DNA from: an uncultured Thiothrix sp.
GTDB taxonomy: Bacteria; Pseudomonadota; Gammaproteobacteria; Thiotrichales; Thiotrichaceae
Direction: 5' to 3'
NCBI GenBank assembly: GCA_964498805.1
Contig: CAZCJE010000005.1
Coordinates: 25,176-89,175 of the forward strand
Length of the DNA stretch: 64,000 bases
Under the pieces are notes generated by a model. It made no database searches. It was not told where the DNA came from and saw only the letters and a program-made list of their open reading frames with translations. Shown here piece by piece: positions 63,801 to 64,000 of this stretch; positions within the stretch are counted from its first letter, which is position 1; the number at the start of each line of letters is the position of its first letter. A program made the translations under genes and the position numbers.

Positions 63801-64000
63801 ACCCTTCTGCATCTGGGTCACGGTTAAAGACATTACGGTAAATAGCCGTCACATAAGCAGTCGGTTCCAGATTGCCATATAAGGCTTGTGCTTCAGGTTG
63901 CTCGGCAAAACTGCTGGCAATGGCATTCAAGGTCAGATTACTGTTTAACCAGTACTGGAAACCGCTTGCATCCGGTGCGCGGTCAAAAAAAGCTACATAC
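60802..64000 (-). CDS. Large DUF4214/SapA-like, RTX-repeat type I-secreted surface (S-layer-like) protein; 5' end lies beyond the window
   Basis: The frame stays open to 63999 (YVAFFDRAPDASGFQYWLNSNLT precedes the ORF-track start). YVTAIYRNVFNRDPDAEGLAYW and NNKAEIGLYY are DUF4214-type. About 10 GGxGxDxL nonapeptides; adjacent T1SS. Confidence 0.88.
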   Translation of the reverse strand, partial: YVAFFDRAPDASGFQYWLNSNLTLNAIASSFAEQPEAQALYGNLEPTAYVTAIYRNVFNRDPDAEGLAYWVTELAHFTSAELAVAMLNGAQGDDALLLNNKAEIGLYYVAHGDGSPNAWQVLDRCGLSSESVQLCKDWIDGKIPANVNPGNYITLNDAKQRFDVTGTSGDDVFVVKKLLTATIDGGYGEDTVDFSKLTTGIKADLSTGFVSVSAGMYLYNVEHLRGTAQADVLVGNAENNILVAGGGRKDSVDGSLGDDRILFENMQDVQNALGINGGQGMDTLEITSSTTLNLMNVTNDTISDIEVLQVGYSAEDKTAATTIKVGDTGLALDTFQIIRGTESYDTKGRPADDLIVYAGNGSLLDVSNVVLESIEGLENRVEGGKIRVNAQTLQSVEYLLGAKGRSTTLELAANAGDTFNLSAFGLTGFDRLQQLTAVETTLQVNQKLVDTLSNAATIQTVFAAGGFGQSTLEIEGGSLNLSKLNDGDYNFRNFVYNQADSLILGQVENQLTFTRSIKGSESSSDYLSIVHDLMGDDDLTSLTISDIERLDVENVRVLKLDNNNLHHGVEFLFGNELSATKTLLDASKETAEMGLDLRGVAMSSIGGIDNIGTFTLDLSTAWDGNFTDLGMSQGNLLLLAESGNYNFSQIKSAQLGQVTVEILDRYDDIYRGQDLTNDTLQIVAGDILQGSAGDDAIQGGQVGFAINLGKGNDQFMGTSSANECVVGGEGNDRIDLGDNNQGEVVLKQLPTLSTLPTDFTGKGAVAYGGDGDDIITSGQGDDVLFGGGMHDSLSGGEGQDLLSGGEGDDILSGGGGNDWLAGGAGNDTLQGDAGNDLFFAGRGVDVMRGGTLGMPGSSDGQDKFFFTAGDSGISEDTVDTIADFYSYQRALNEVGAVAADTTHDVIYLDWYADGLSADLYAGAPLEVLDIATQTGVTRTSGQSYDVLFSRFNDPDPEAMSLWDAANLALDRAYKQYDITALLVDAGMAGDGKADYTSMAVQFYYGGSTYLAIDAYVNNAGIEANNFNADYDLLLRMQEDSGVVNLSGDSDGAHEIIVTRWDIDLR
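61420..61830 (-). repeat. RTX calcium-binding nonapeptide repeat block
   Basis: GGEGNDRID, GGDGDDIIT, GQGDDVLFG, GEGQDLLSG, GEGDDILSG, GGGNDWLAG, GAGNDTLQG, DAGNDLFFA, GRGVDVMRG. Confidence 0.9.

Overview
Gammaproteobacterial chromosome segment. A Thiotrichaceae-like sulfur oxidizer is my guess from gene content and cannot be verified here. About two thirds is housekeeping: rpsP-rimM-trmD-rplS, ffh, radA, the complete mraZ-to-lpxC dcw cluster followed by M23-secA-argJ-mutT, RNase P RNA, and a TPP riboswitch with thiC. Two accessory blocks stand out. (1) About 4.2 kb lies between ffh and rpsP, which are normally adjacent. It holds three paralogous small lipoproteins with a shared C-terminal motif (VKAKGxYKGPVxxD...QxYQ) but different linkers, and two exported proteins with papain/NlpC-P60-like Cys/His motifs. 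(2) A co-oriented block of about 19 kb (44869 to the window end) encodes a DUF4214/SapA-like RTX surface protein, a type I secretion ABC/MFP pair, a Sat-CysC fusion whose ATP-sulfurylase half has lost its catalytic motifs, and a Wzx/Wzy glycan pathway with two sulfotransferases, a deacetylase, a DUF4091 hydrolase-like protein and a kinase-dead Wzc. This suggests a sulfated, possibly glycosaminoglycan-like, surface glycan coupled to an S-layer. Smaller oddities are a DEAD-box pseudo-helicase, an FtsZ with a duplicated C-terminal core peptide, an FtsI with a helical insertion of about 40 aa, and a possible degenerate second TPP aptamer. I saw no tRNA, rRNA, CRISPR array or IS element. All family assignments come from motif recognition by eye; no searches were run.
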